From the NCBI GenBank assembly GCA_033763905.1, contig JANRJP010000093.1:29648-93647 (forward strand): a stretch of DNA of 64,000 nucleotides. Reading direction: 5' to 3'. The DNA comes from Gemmatimonadaceae bacterium (GTDB lineage Bacteria; Gemmatimonadota; Gemmatimonadetes; Gemmatimonadales; Gemmatimonadaceae). The position numbers and the translations under genes are program-made. Below the pieces are notes generated by a model. The model searched no databases, was not told the origin of the DNA, and worked only from the letters and a program-made list of their open reading frames with translations. This document shows, piece by piece, positions 40,163 through 48,663 of this stretch (position 1 is its first letter; the number at the start of each line of letters is the position of its first letter).

Positions 40163-41010
40163 TGCGGCTTCCTCCCGCGCACGAAGGCGCTCAGGACCTG
40201 CCCGTCGAGCGCGCGGACCAGGGCATCCGCATCGAGCCCCGCCGCGGCCAGCAGTTCCCGTGCATCGCTCGCATCGTAGACGCGGGTAGGCTCGATGTCG
40301 GCGTCGAGGAATCCCGCCTCGGTCAGGAGGGTGCGGAACTCGTCGATCGTGAGCGCGCCCGCGACGCAACCCACCCAGAGCGCGAGACTCTCGCGCGCGG
40401 CCTCGGGCAGCGGCTGCTGCAGCACCACGTCGGACACCGCGAAGCGTCCGCCCGGCTTCAGGACGCGGAAGGCTTCGGCGAGCACGCGCGGCTTGTCACC
40501 GCTCAGATTCACGACGCAATTGGAGATGATGACGTCGACACTCGCGTCGGGCAGCGGAATCGACTCGATGTGTCCCTTGAGGAACTCGACGTTCGTCGCG
40601 CCGGCCTGCGCCGCGTTGTGCCGCGCCACCGCGAGCATTTCATCCGTCATATCCAGGCCGATCGCGCGCCCCGTGGGCCCCACGCGACGGGCCGACAGCA
40701 ACACGTCGATCCCGCCACCGGAACCGAGGTCGAGCACGGTCTCGCCGGCTCGCAGTTCGGCCAACGCGGTGGGATTGCCGCAGCCCAGCGAGGCCAGCAC
40801 CGCCTGCTCGGGGAGCGAGGCGGTGGTGACCGCGTCGTAGAGATTGCGCGTGATCGGATCACGCAGTTCGAGCGTCGTGTCGCTGCAGCAGCCGGAGCCC
40901 GGCGCGCAGGAGGCGGCGCCAGCGCCCTCCAGCACGCGGAGGGCTGACTGGGCGTAGTTCGCCCGCACCTGCGAGCGAATCGTGTCGAGTGCGTCAGGCG
41001 TTGTCGTCAT
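40159..41010 (-). CDS. arsM: arsenite S-adenosylmethionine methyltransferase
   Basis: GCC, SLGCGNPTA, LDLGSGGGID, ISNCVVNLS, WVGCVAGA. Confidence 0.92.
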   Translation of the reverse strand: MTTTPDALDTIRSQVRANYAQSALRVLEGAGAASCAPGSGCCSDTTLELRDPITRNLYDAVTTASLPEQAVLASLGCGNPTALAELRAGETVLDLGSGGGIDVLLSARRVGPTGRAIGLDMTDEMLAVARHNAAQAGATNVEFLKGHIESIPLPDASVDVIISNCVVNLSGDKPRVLAEAFRVLKPGGRFAVSDVVLQQPLPEAARESLALWVGCVAGALTIDEFRTLLTEAGFLDADIEPTRVYDASDARELLAAAGLDADALVRALDGQVLSAFVRGRKPQ

Positions 41011-41017
41011 TGATGCC

Positions 41018-41359
41018 TCAGGTACAACAGGAAAACCACTGGGTCGCCGGCCGGTCGGTCGGCGTGAGCAACGCATCGAGCGCCGCGCGCGTGGCGGTCA
41101 GCACATCGGCGTCGAGGCGATAGTGCACCCAGCGTCCCTCTCGGCGATCCAGGACCAACCCGGCGTCCTTAAGCACCTTGAGGTGAAACGACAGGCGCGA
41201 CTGTGCGGCTTCGAGTGCCGAGGTGAGATCACAGACGCACTGCTCCCCAGCCCGGAGCCGCTCGAGAATCAGCAGGCGGGTCGGGTCGGAGAGGGCGTGG
41301 AATCGACGGGCGGCGACGGCGGCCGGGTCGAGTCCGTCAGGGGCGAGCGTTGCTGTCAT
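41018..41359 (-). CDS. arsR: ArsR/SmtB transcriptional repressor
   Basis: ALSDPTRL, CVCDL, SFHLKVL, C-terminal CC. Confidence 0.92.
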   Translation of the reverse strand: MTATLAPDGLDPAAVAARRFHALSDPTRLLILERLRAGEQCVCDLTSALEAAQSRLSFHLKVLKDAGLVLDRREGRWVHYRLDADVLTATRAALDALLTPTDRPATQWFSCCT

Positions 41360-41366
41360 AACGAAA

Positions 41367-41408
41367 ACATACCAACAAATCTTGATAAATCAAGATCTGT
41401 TGGTATGT
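41367..41408. promoter_or_regulatory. 20-2-20 inverted repeat, putative ArsR operator
   Basis: ACATACCAACAAATCTTGAT-AA-ATCAAGATCTGTTGGTATGT (19/20 match), 7 nt upstream of arsR. Confidence 0.8.
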
Positions 41409-41427
41409 CTTCGTTTGGTCGGTGAGG

Positions 41428-43374
41428 TCAGGCTGCGCGCCGCAGCCCCCCTCCACCTTCGAGTGTGAACTCGTCGACCCGACTGCGCGACCGCGCAGCA
41501 GCAGCTTCGAGCTCCTTGGCGGCGGCAGCAGACTCCTCACTCGACGCCGCGACCCGCTGCGTGAGTTCGGACACCGCCTCCAGCGCGTTGGTGACCGACT
41601 CCACGCCCTGAGCCTGCTCGGCGCTGGCGGCCGCAATTTCATCCACGACCGCCGCCACCTGCTCCACCCCGGATCCGATCTCTCGGAAGCGGCTGACGGC
41701 GTCAGCGGCGAGCGCGGCACCTTCCTTGGCGGACGACACGCTCGTGTCGATCAGTTCGGACGTCTGCTTCGCTGCCTCGGCGGCACGCTGGGCCAAGGTC
41801 CGCACTTCGTCGGCAACTACGGCGAAGCCTCGTCCGGCATCTCCTGCCCGCGCCGCTTCGACCGCCGCGTTGAGCGCGAGGAGATTCGTCTGGAACGCGA
41901 TCTCGTCGATCGTGCGCACAATGCGCCCCGTGGATTCGCTGGTCGTTCGGATGCGGTCCACGGCGCCTGCCAACTGCTCCATCGCCACCACGCCCTGCTG
42001 CGTGCGCGTCTGTGCCGTGAAGGCGACATCGCGGGCGGCAGCCGCACGGTCGGCGACGAGGCGCGATTGTGCCGCCGTCTCCTGCACGGCAGCCGAGACC
42101 TCTTCGATGCGCGCCGCTTGCGACGCCGACGTGTCGGCCAGCGACGCGGCCGCCTCCGAGATCTCCGACGCGGCCGACGAGGACGCGACGGTTTCGGTGC
42201 GCAACGCCCGCAACGCGTCTCCCAGGGACTGCGCGGCACGATCGCAGGCCTGCGCAATCCGAGCGTGGTCACCGCGCCAGTCGCCCTGCACGCGGGCGGT
42301 CAGATCCCGCGCGGCCACCGCCTCGAGGGTCACCAACGCCGCTTGAATGGGCTCGACAATCGCGTCGATGGTCTGATTCACCCCCGACACCACATCGCCA
42401 TAGGCTCCCGCGTGCGCCGCCGCTTCCGCTCGGCGACCGAGATCGCCGACGCGCGCCGCACCGGTGAGTGACCGGATGTCACTCAACACCAATTGAACCG
42501 CCGCGCGCGATCGCTCAAAGTCCTTGACGGTGGCCTGCGTGTTGAGGACGATCTGGTCGACCTGAGATGCCAATTGCGCGAGTTCGTCATTGCCTGGCAG
42601 GTGCAGCAACTCGGTGCCGGTCACCATTTCGGTGTCGAGATTTCCCTCCGCCAAACCGGACAGCCCCGAGCGCAGTGACGCGATGCACTTGTTCGCCAGC
42701 GACTCGACCCGTCCGCGAATGAGCGTCATCGCTTCCTCGATGCGGCGTGCGGCACGCCAGCCGAGCCACAAGCCCGCGAGCACGGTGAGCAGGATGAGCG
42801 CAAGCCCGATCCATTGCAGCGTGCGGAAGAAGGTCTCCGCTCGAGACGACTCGGCGATGGCCAGCGCGCCAATCGCGTCACCGAAGGCTTCACCCTTCTC
42901 TTCGAGCGCACTGAACTGTTCGGTGAACGCCCCGAGCTTGACATCGGCCGCCAGCCCGGGGGTGCGCGACGCCGCGATGGCCTCCTCCGCCGATGTGATG
43001 TAGGCGTCCACGGCCGGTCGCATCGCAGCGAGTTCGTCGGCGATGCCGGTCGGGGCCAACGAGTCCACGGCGTCGAGGCTGCGACGGAAGCGCGCGGCGT
43101 GCTCGGCCAACTCACGCTCGGCCGCGGCGATGCCATCGAGGTTCTGACGCAGACTGGCGTTGCCCGCGGCCAGCACGTCGCCCCGGATGGCATCGTGCAT
43201 CATATCGGCATCCATCTGGGCCCGCTGCGCCAAGCCGACGCGCGTGATGGCGGCCGCCGTGCGATGCGCCTGTTGGAAGCCGTAGGAGCCGGCCAGGCCG
43301 ACGAGCAGTGTCCCCACCGCGCCGACGCCGACCATCACCATAAGCCGTACGCGGAGACTGATTTCGGCCTTCAT
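41428..43374 (-). CDS. methyl-accepting chemotaxis protein
   Basis: Two TM segments, HAMP-like region, [20 protein letters not shown]. Confidence 0.95.
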   Translation of the reverse strand: MKAEISLRVRLMVMVGVGAVGTLLVGLAGSYGFQQAHRTAAAITRVGLAQRAQMDADMMHDAIRGDVLAAGNASLRQNLDGIAAAERELAEHAARFRRSLDAVDSLAPTGIADELAAMRPAVDAYITSAEEAIAASRTPGLAADVKLGAFTEQFSALEEKGEAFGDAIGALAIAESSRAETFFRTLQWIGLALILLTVLAGLWLGWRAARRIEEAMTLIRGRVESLANKCIASLRSGLSGLAEGNLDTEMVTGTELLHLPGNDELAQLASQVDQIVLNTQATVKDFERSRAAVQLVLSDIRSLTGAARVGDLGRRAEAAAHAGAYGDVVSGVNQTIDAIVEPIQAALVTLEAVAARDLTARVQGDWRGDHARIAQACDRAAQSLGDALRALRTETVASSSAASEISEAAASLADTSASQAARIEEVSAAVQETAAQSRLVADRAAAARDVAFTAQTRTQQGVVAMEQLAGAVDRIRTTSESTGRIVRTIDEIAFQTNLLALNAAVEAARAGDAGRGFAVVADEVRTLAQRAAEAAKQTSELIDTSVSSAKEGAALAADAVSRFREIGSGVEQVAAVVDEIAAASAEQAQGVESVTNALEAVSELTQRVAASSEESAAAAKELEAAAARSRSRVDEFTLEGGGGLRRAA

Positions 43375-43380
43375 TGTCGG

Positions 43381-44253
43381 CTACCAGCGATGGGAGAGTC
43401 CGAGCCCGGTGAAGAAGTCACCGCGACTCGGGGACGGACCGCGGCCAGCGCGGATATCCAGTTGCAGATCGTTGGTCAGCAGCACGGTGACACCACCGTT
43501 GACGTAGTCCCGCTTGACGAGCTGCTGCATTCGCTCACGAAAGGCGAAGGCCTCGGCGTAGAGCCCAAGCCGCTCGGTCAGCGCGTAGGCCACGGATCCG
43601 CTAGCGGAGTACTCGTTGTGCTGCAGACCATCTCGGGAGGCGCGGGCCCAGTTCAGGTTCGTCGCAAAGCCAACGCGATCGCTCAGCTCCCAGGCCGAGA
43701 TGAACTTCACTTCGGGTAGCGTGCGCTGTGAGGACATTGCGCGCGCGCCCGTGGGCAACGACACGGCGCCGATCACGGCCATCTGCGGACGCCAGCCGCG
43801 GGCGGCGTCGGTGATCGCGAACTTCACGCCGAGACTCGCGTCCTCGAAGCCCGTCCCAATCACATCCTGCTCGCGAATGAGTCCGTACGAGTTGGCCGCG
43901 ACGCGCAGTTCGAGCCGTTGGTTGAGCCCGACGCGAAAGAGCGCCTCGCCGAGGCTCAGGTAGTGGCTGCCATCCTCGCGTCCGAACGTTTCGCCAGCCT
44001 CGAGCTGAATCCGGCCGCGAGCCACAACCGCCGGGCTCTCGGTGAAGTCGGGGCGGTCGGTGATGAGGGGCTCATCGTCGATCGCTTCCTGGGTCGCCTT
44101 GGCCGTGCTGGCGGTTGAGGCCGCAGGGCGATCACCGCGTCGAGCGCTCGGCGACGGCGCGGCGTTTCGGGCGACGCGAGCTGCTGGGGTAACGCAGGCT
44201 CCGGTGACTACGCACAGAGCAAGCAGCGTCAGGGACCGTATCGGATACGTCAT
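43381..44253 (-). CDS. putative outer-membrane beta-barrel 'transporter' (MetA-pathway-like) with lipobox-like signal
   Basis: ITDRPDFTES, QLEAG, alternating beta strands, C-terminal GLGLSHRW; VTGAC. Confidence 0.75.
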   Translation of the reverse strand: MTYPIRSLTLLALCVVTGACVTPAARVARNAAPSPSARRGDRPAASTASTAKATQEAIDDEPLITDRPDFTESPAVVARGRIQLEAGETFGREDGSHYLSLGEALFRVGLNQRLELRVAANSYGLIREQDVIGTGFEDASLGVKFAITDAARGWRPQMAVIGAVSLPTGARAMSSQRTLPEVKFISAWELSDRVGFATNLNWARASRDGLQHNEYSASGSVAYALTERLGLYAEAFAFRERMQQLVKRDYVNGGVTVLLTNDLQLDIRAGRGPSPSRGDFFTGLGLSHRW

Positions 44254-44333
44254 CGGTCGGGTCGGGTCAGGGGATACCTTACGTATCGGACCTGCCCGCC
44301 TAGACCTTGAACACCAGCCTGTAAAGAGAAACA

Positions 44334-44364
44334 AAACCGCCCGCCGTGTGACGGCGAGCGGTTT
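44334..44364 (-). terminator. intrinsic terminator after tRNA-Ala
   Basis: Minus strand AAACCGCTCGCCGT-CAC-ACGGCGGGCGGTTT followed by TGTTTCT. Confidence 0.7.
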
Positions 44365-44378
44365 CACTTTCCTCAAGA

Positions 44379-44451
44379 TGGAGCCGAGGGGGATCGAACC
44401 CCTGACCCCCTGCTTGCAAAGCAGGTGCTCTCCCAGCTGAGCTACGGCCCC
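44379..44451 (-). tRNA. tRNA-Ala(TGC)
   Basis: Reverse complement GGGGCCGTAGCTCAGCTGGGAGAGCACCTGCTTTGCAAGCAGGGGGTCAGGGGTTCGATCCCCCTCGGCTCCA. Confidence 0.96.
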
Positions 44452-44489
44452 TGATGCGCGTGAATCTAGCGAGGTGCGGGTGAAAAAAA

Positions 44490-44564
44490 GAGCGGGAGAG
44501 GAGGACACGGAGGAACGGAGGCACTCGGAGGACCTCCGTTCCTCCGTGTACTCCCGTTCCGCTC
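44490..44564. repeat. long inverted repeat with a 17-bp perfect core
   Basis: ACACGGAGGAACGGAGG (44505-44521) and CCTCCGTTCCTCCGTGT (44533-44549), imperfect outer arms, T7 tail on the minus strand. Confidence 0.8.
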
Positions 44565-44577
44565 TTCTCAAATCAGA

Positions 44578-44607
44578 AGGGCGCCCCGGCGTGAACCGGA
44601 GCGCCCC
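44578..44607 (-). terminator. hairpin after actF
   Basis: Minus strand AGGGCGCTCCGG-TTCACG-CCGGGGCGCCCT-TCTGATTT. Confidence 0.55.
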
Positions 44608-44629
44608 TCGTCGTGTCTGCAGCCACCGA

Positions 44630-45967
44630 TTACTCGTGCGCCGGCAGCGGCTCCATCGTCTTGGCGTCGACCGGGACCTGCACTTCGTCGCGGAACTTCG
44701 ACGTCATCATAAAGACGCGCATCTTCGGGAAGGCATCCATGAACTGCATATACGACCAGGCGTGGAGACCCAAGAAGCCCAGCCCGATGCCGATTTCCCA
44801 CATCCCGAACGGAAGGTGGTCGATCTCACCGTAGATCGAGGGATAGATCTCGATGTAGCGCTGCAACCAGATGCCGAGCAGCGACGTCGTGGCGAAGAGT
44901 ACCATCGTCGGCGTGAAGAGCTTCGGCGCCTTGCCCAGGAGGCCGAGGAACGGCGCACCGAAGGTCAGGAAGGCGATCGACACCGTCATCTGCTTCCACG
45001 GACCCGAGAGGCGCAGGTTGAAGAAGTGGGTCTCTTCATACCAGTTGCCGAACCAGATCACGAGGAACTGCGAGAACGTGATGTAGCCCCAGAACGCGGT
45101 GAACGCGAAGCAGAGCTTGCCGATGTCGTGCAGCACGTTCTGCCCGATGATGTCGTGCGTGTCGTTCAGGTGCTGCTTCCACCAGCGGACGAGCAGGGCG
45201 AAGAGCATCATGTTGTTGAGCCAGCCGCCGAAGAACACCTGCCAGCCGTACATCGTGGACTGGAAGTGGACGTCGGCCGACATCGACAGGTCCCACGCCA
45301 GGATCGGCATGAAGACGCCGAAGCACATGATGACCGCCACCGCGACCTTGCCCTGCAGCGAGTGCTGGGTGTGCAGTTCGCGTCGCTCGTCGCCGAAGCC
45401 CGCGCGCATCTTGGCGCGGATGCCCGCGGCCCACGAGGACCCGTGCTCGGGCAGAATCGCGACGTCGAGACGGACGCTGTTGTAGACGAACCAGACGCCG
45501 AAGAGCGTGATGAGACCGAACGCAATGATGTCGCGCGGAATCAGGAAGCTCTTGGCCAGATACAGCGCCTTCTCCGGCACCGTCGGGGGCGTCGTCGCCC
45601 ACGGGAAGACGTGGTCGAGGCCGAAGAACAGCATCACCAGCAGCAGCACGAACGAGAACGGCAGGAAGGCGGCGTGGCCTTCCATAAACCGGATCGCCGG
45701 CCGCGACCAGCGCGCGGTGACGATGCGCTGTACGGCGCTGAACGTCACGCCGGCTGCGGCGAGGATCGAGAAGTACATCCAGTTCATCTGGAACGCCTGC
45801 CACGCCCGGTTCTCACCGGTGGCCGCGCCGAAGATGAAGAGACCGAAACCGAGCGCCGCCAACACCAGCGCAATCGTCTTGTAGGACGACGGGATCGGCT
45901 TGTCGACGATGAGCTTGGTGAGCTCTTCGCGCGTCGGCACGTGGCCGTGACCGTGACCGCCACTCAT
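44630..45967 (-). CDS. actF: alternative complex III membrane subunit ActF
   Basis: About 10 TM segments, ARWSRP, DLSMSADVHFQSTMYG, HDIGKL; operon position. Confidence 0.85.
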   Translation of the reverse strand: MSGGHGHGHVPTREELTKLIVDKPIPSSYKTIALVLAALGFGLFIFGAATGENRAWQAFQMNWMYFSILAAAGVTFSAVQRIVTARWSRPAIRFMEGHAAFLPFSFVLLLVMLFFGLDHVFPWATTPPTVPEKALYLAKSFLIPRDIIAFGLITLFGVWFVYNSVRLDVAILPEHGSSWAAGIRAKMRAGFGDERRELHTQHSLQGKVAVAVIMCFGVFMPILAWDLSMSADVHFQSTMYGWQVFFGGWLNNMMLFALLVRWWKQHLNDTHDIIGQNVLHDIGKLCFAFTAFWGYITFSQFLVIWFGNWYEETHFFNLRLSGPWKQMTVSIAFLTFGAPFLGLLGKAPKLFTPTMVLFATTSLLGIWLQRYIEIYPSIYGEIDHLPFGMWEIGIGLGFLGLHAWSYMQFMDAFPKMRVFMMTSKFRDEVQVPVDAKTMEPLPAHE

Positions 45968-46764
45968 TAGTTCTTCTCCTTAGCTGCGCCGGCAGCCGCC
46001 GCGGCATCACCGCCGACAGCGCCGCGAACGTCCACACCCGTGAACTGCGACGGCTTGACGAACGGCGACGGACGGGTCGGCGCCATCTCCGTGGCGCCCG
46101 GCAACGCATCGCCAGTCTGCCCCGGGAAGCCCACCGGCCCCTGCTCCACCTGATACATCCCCTGCAGCCCGCGCACGTAGTTCACCACGTGCCAGCGATC
46201 TTCTTCTTCGATGCGGTTGTAGCTCGGCATCAGGCCGCGCCCGTTCCGGATCATCCCGTAGATGTAGCCGTCGGAGCGCTGCTTGGTCATATCGGTCGCG
46301 ATCGGGAACGCGAGGCCGTACTGCGCCACCAGCGTCTGCGCACCCATCCCGTTGTCGCCGTGACAGACGGCGCAGTTGATCTGGTAGTACTTGCGACCGA
46401 GCTCGAGCGATTCCTTCGTCGGCGCCTGCGGGTTCTTGACGACCGCGCCGATCGAGTCGATCACGCCCGGCAGCGCCGTGTACGACACCTGCCACGACGC
46501 CAGGTACGTGCCCGTGACCGGTACCGACTCGGTGGGGTTGCCGCGGAAATGCAGGTTGACGCTGTCTTCATCCATCGAACGGGTCAGCACCAGGCCGTCC
46601 CCGTCCTGCCAGTAGAGCTTGGCGTTCGTGTCCGGGGAGATCGTCATATTCTCCCACGGCTCGAGCCGCGGCTGGTGGCGGAAGGTCGTGAACCAGTCGC
46701 AGGCGGTCAGCGACGATGTCAACACCACCATCGCCGACGCACGGAGCAGACGCTTAGCGAGCAC
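45967..46764 (-). CDS. actE: alternative complex III monoheme cytochrome c lipoprotein ActE
   Basis: Lipobox LTAC, CAVCH, GRGLMPSY, DRWHVVNYVR. Confidence 0.88.
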   Translation of the reverse strand: MLAKRLLRASAMVVLTSSLTACDWFTTFRHQPRLEPWENMTISPDTNAKLYWQDGDGLVLTRSMDEDSVNLHFRGNPTESVPVTGTYLASWQVSYTALPGVIDSIGAVVKNPQAPTKESLELGRKYYQINCAVCHGDNGMGAQTLVAQYGLAFPIATDMTKQRSDGYIYGMIRNGRGLMPSYNRIEEEDRWHVVNYVRGLQGMYQVEQGPVGFPGQTGDALPGATEMAPTRPSPFVKPSQFTGVDVRGAVGGDAAAAAGAAKEKN

Positions 46765-47257
46765 GCTGCACCTCCGTCGCCCCGGCCTTCTTGAGCAGTT
46801 CCATTGCCGCGCTCTCCTTGTCGGGGGCGCAATCCACGTGGATGCCGTAATCGCCGTTCGAGAACGGCGCGCGATAGGCGGGATCCACGACGATGCGCGG
46901 AATCCCGTTGAGAATGAACATCCCGAACACCGTCGAGAGCGCCCCCACCATCACCATCATTTCGAAGCCGATGATCGTGTAGGGGATCCAGCTCGCGATC
47001 GTCTTGCCACCGACGACCAGCGGCCAGTACTCCGACGTCCAGACGGCGACCCAGTAGCCGAAGCTCACACCGAGCAGGCCGCCGACGAGGGTGAAGCGAC
47101 GCACCTTCGAGATCGGGGCGTCGATCGCGTCCTCGAGCTCGTGGTGAATCGTCGGGGAGTAGACAGTGAACTTGCCGACCGACGACGACTTGAGCGCCTT
47201 GATCGCGTCAATCGTCGTGTCGAGTTCGCGGAAGTTCGCAACGATACCGAAGGCCAT
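46754..47257 (-). CDS. actD: alternative complex III subunit ActD (DUF3341)
   Basis: YSP, WPLVVGGK, IGFEMMVM, two TM segments; ATG at 47257. Confidence 0.88.
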   Translation of the reverse strand: MAFGIVANFRELDTTIDAIKALKSSSVGKFTVYSPTIHHELEDAIDAPISKVRRFTLVGGLLGVSFGYWVAVWTSEYWPLVVGGKTIASWIPYTIIGFEMMVMVGALSTVFGMFILNGIPRIVVDPAYRAPFSNGDYGIHVDCAPDKESAAMELLKKAGATEVQRAR

Positions 47258-48663
47258 TAGTGGGCTCCTCCGTGACCAACCGCCGCGTGCTTGCGACGAG
47301 CCGGAACGATTTCCTTGACTTCGATGATCGCCATCACCGGCAACTGCCGGACGAAGAGCAGGAACCACATGAAGAACCAGCCGAACGAGCCGATGATGAA
47401 CGCCACGTCCACCCAGCTCGGCAGATAGGCCGTCCACTGCCAGGGCTCGAACTCGTGCGAGAGCGACGGCACGACGATCACGAAGCGCTCATACCACATC
47501 CCGATGTTGATGAAGATCGAGAGGATGAAGAGCCAGGTCGGATTGCGCCGCAGCTTCTGCGACCACAGCGACATCGGCAGCGCCATATTGCAGATCAGCA
47601 TGATCCAGGCGCTCCACCACCACTGACCGAACACGCGGTTCCAGAAGTAGCTCTGCTCGACTTCGACGCCCGAGTACCAGGCGATGAAGAACTCGATCAG
47701 GTACGCGGTCCCGACGACCAGCGACGTGAACAGCACGACCTTCGCCGTCGCGTCGAGGTGGTTCAACGTGATGTAGTGCTCGAGCCGCCACCACTTGCGC
47801 ATCGGGATCGCGATCGTCCACACCATCGCGAAGCCCGAAAAGATCGCGCCGGCCACGAAGTACGGCGGGAAGATCGTCGCGTGCCAGCCCGGCGTCAGCG
47901 CCATCGCGAAGTCGAACGACACGACCGAGTGCACCGAGAGCACCAGCGGCGTCGAGAAGGCCGCGAGGAACAGATACGCGCGGGTGAAGTGGCGCCACTC
48001 GACATCGGTGTTGCGCCAGCCGAGCGACAGGATGCTCAGAATCAGGCGACGCGTCGGATTCTTCTCGCGGTCACGGAGCACCGCGATGTCGGGAATCAGA
48101 CCGATGTAGAGGAAGGTCGTCGAGATCGTCAGGTAGGTCGAGATCGCGAAGACGTCCCACACCAGCGGCGACTTGAAGTTCGGCCACAGCAGGCGCCAGT
48201 TCGGATACGGAATCAGCCAGAAGAACTTCCACGGGCGCCCGATGTGAATGATCGGGAACAAGCCCGCGGTCATCACGGCGAACACCGTCATCGCTTCGGA
48301 CACGCGGTAGATCGTCGTGCGGAAGCCAGCGCGGAACAGATACAGAATCGCCGAGATCAGCGTCCCCGCGTGACCGATACCGACCCAGAACACGAAGGTG
48401 ATGATGTACACACCCCACATCACCGGCGGCGTGTAGCCCGCGTTGCCGAGGCCGGCGTAGATCTGGTAGGTCCAGGCACCGGCACCCACCAGCATCGCCA
48501 CGATCGACAAGCCAAGCCCCATCAGCCAGCCCTTGGAAGGGCCGAGCGTTGCGGCAATTTCGTCGTCGACCTGCTCGAAGCTCTTGACGGCCGGCAGCTG
48601 GATGTCAGCCGAGGCGATGTTCGGACGCATCGGGCCCTTCACGGGCTGTGCGAGCGTGGCCAT
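47257..48663 (-). CDS. actC: alternative complex III NrfD/PsrC-family quinol-binding subunit ActC
   Basis: FVFWVGIGHAGTLISA, HIGRPW, SPLVWD, SVHSVVSFDF, GMWYERF. Confidence 0.93.
   Translation of the reverse strand: MATLAQPVKGPMRPNIASADIQLPAVKSFEQVDDEIAATLGPSKGWLMGLGLSIVAMLVGAGAWTYQIYAGLGNAGYTPPVMWGVYIITFVFWVGIGHAGTLISAILYLFRAGFRTTIYRVSEAMTVFAVMTAGLFPIIHIGRPWKFFWLIPYPNWRLLWPNFKSPLVWDVFAISTYLTISTTFLYIGLIPDIAVLRDREKNPTRRLILSILSLGWRNTDVEWRHFTRAYLFLAAFSTPLVLSVHSVVSFDFAMALTPGWHATIFPPYFVAGAIFSGFAMVWTIAIPMRKWWRLEHYITLNHLDATAKVVLFTSLVVGTAYLIEFFIAWYSGVEVEQSYFWNRVFGQWWWSAWIMLICNMALPMSLWSQKLRRNPTWLFILSIFINIGMWYERFVIVVPSLSHEFEPWQWTAYLPSWVDVAFIIGSFGWFFMWFLLFVRQLPVMAIIEVKEIVPARRKHAAVGHGGAH

Noticed and set aside
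41011..41040. Selenocysteine readthrough of TGA after CCT in arsR
   Set aside because: arsM starts 7 nt later and no SECIS-like hairpin is evident; an ordinary stop is the simpler reading.
39236..41359. Arsinothricin biosynthetic cluster (arsM plus arsN)
   Set aside because: No radical-SAM arsL gene, and the GNAT looks ArsN2-like rather than ArsN1-like.
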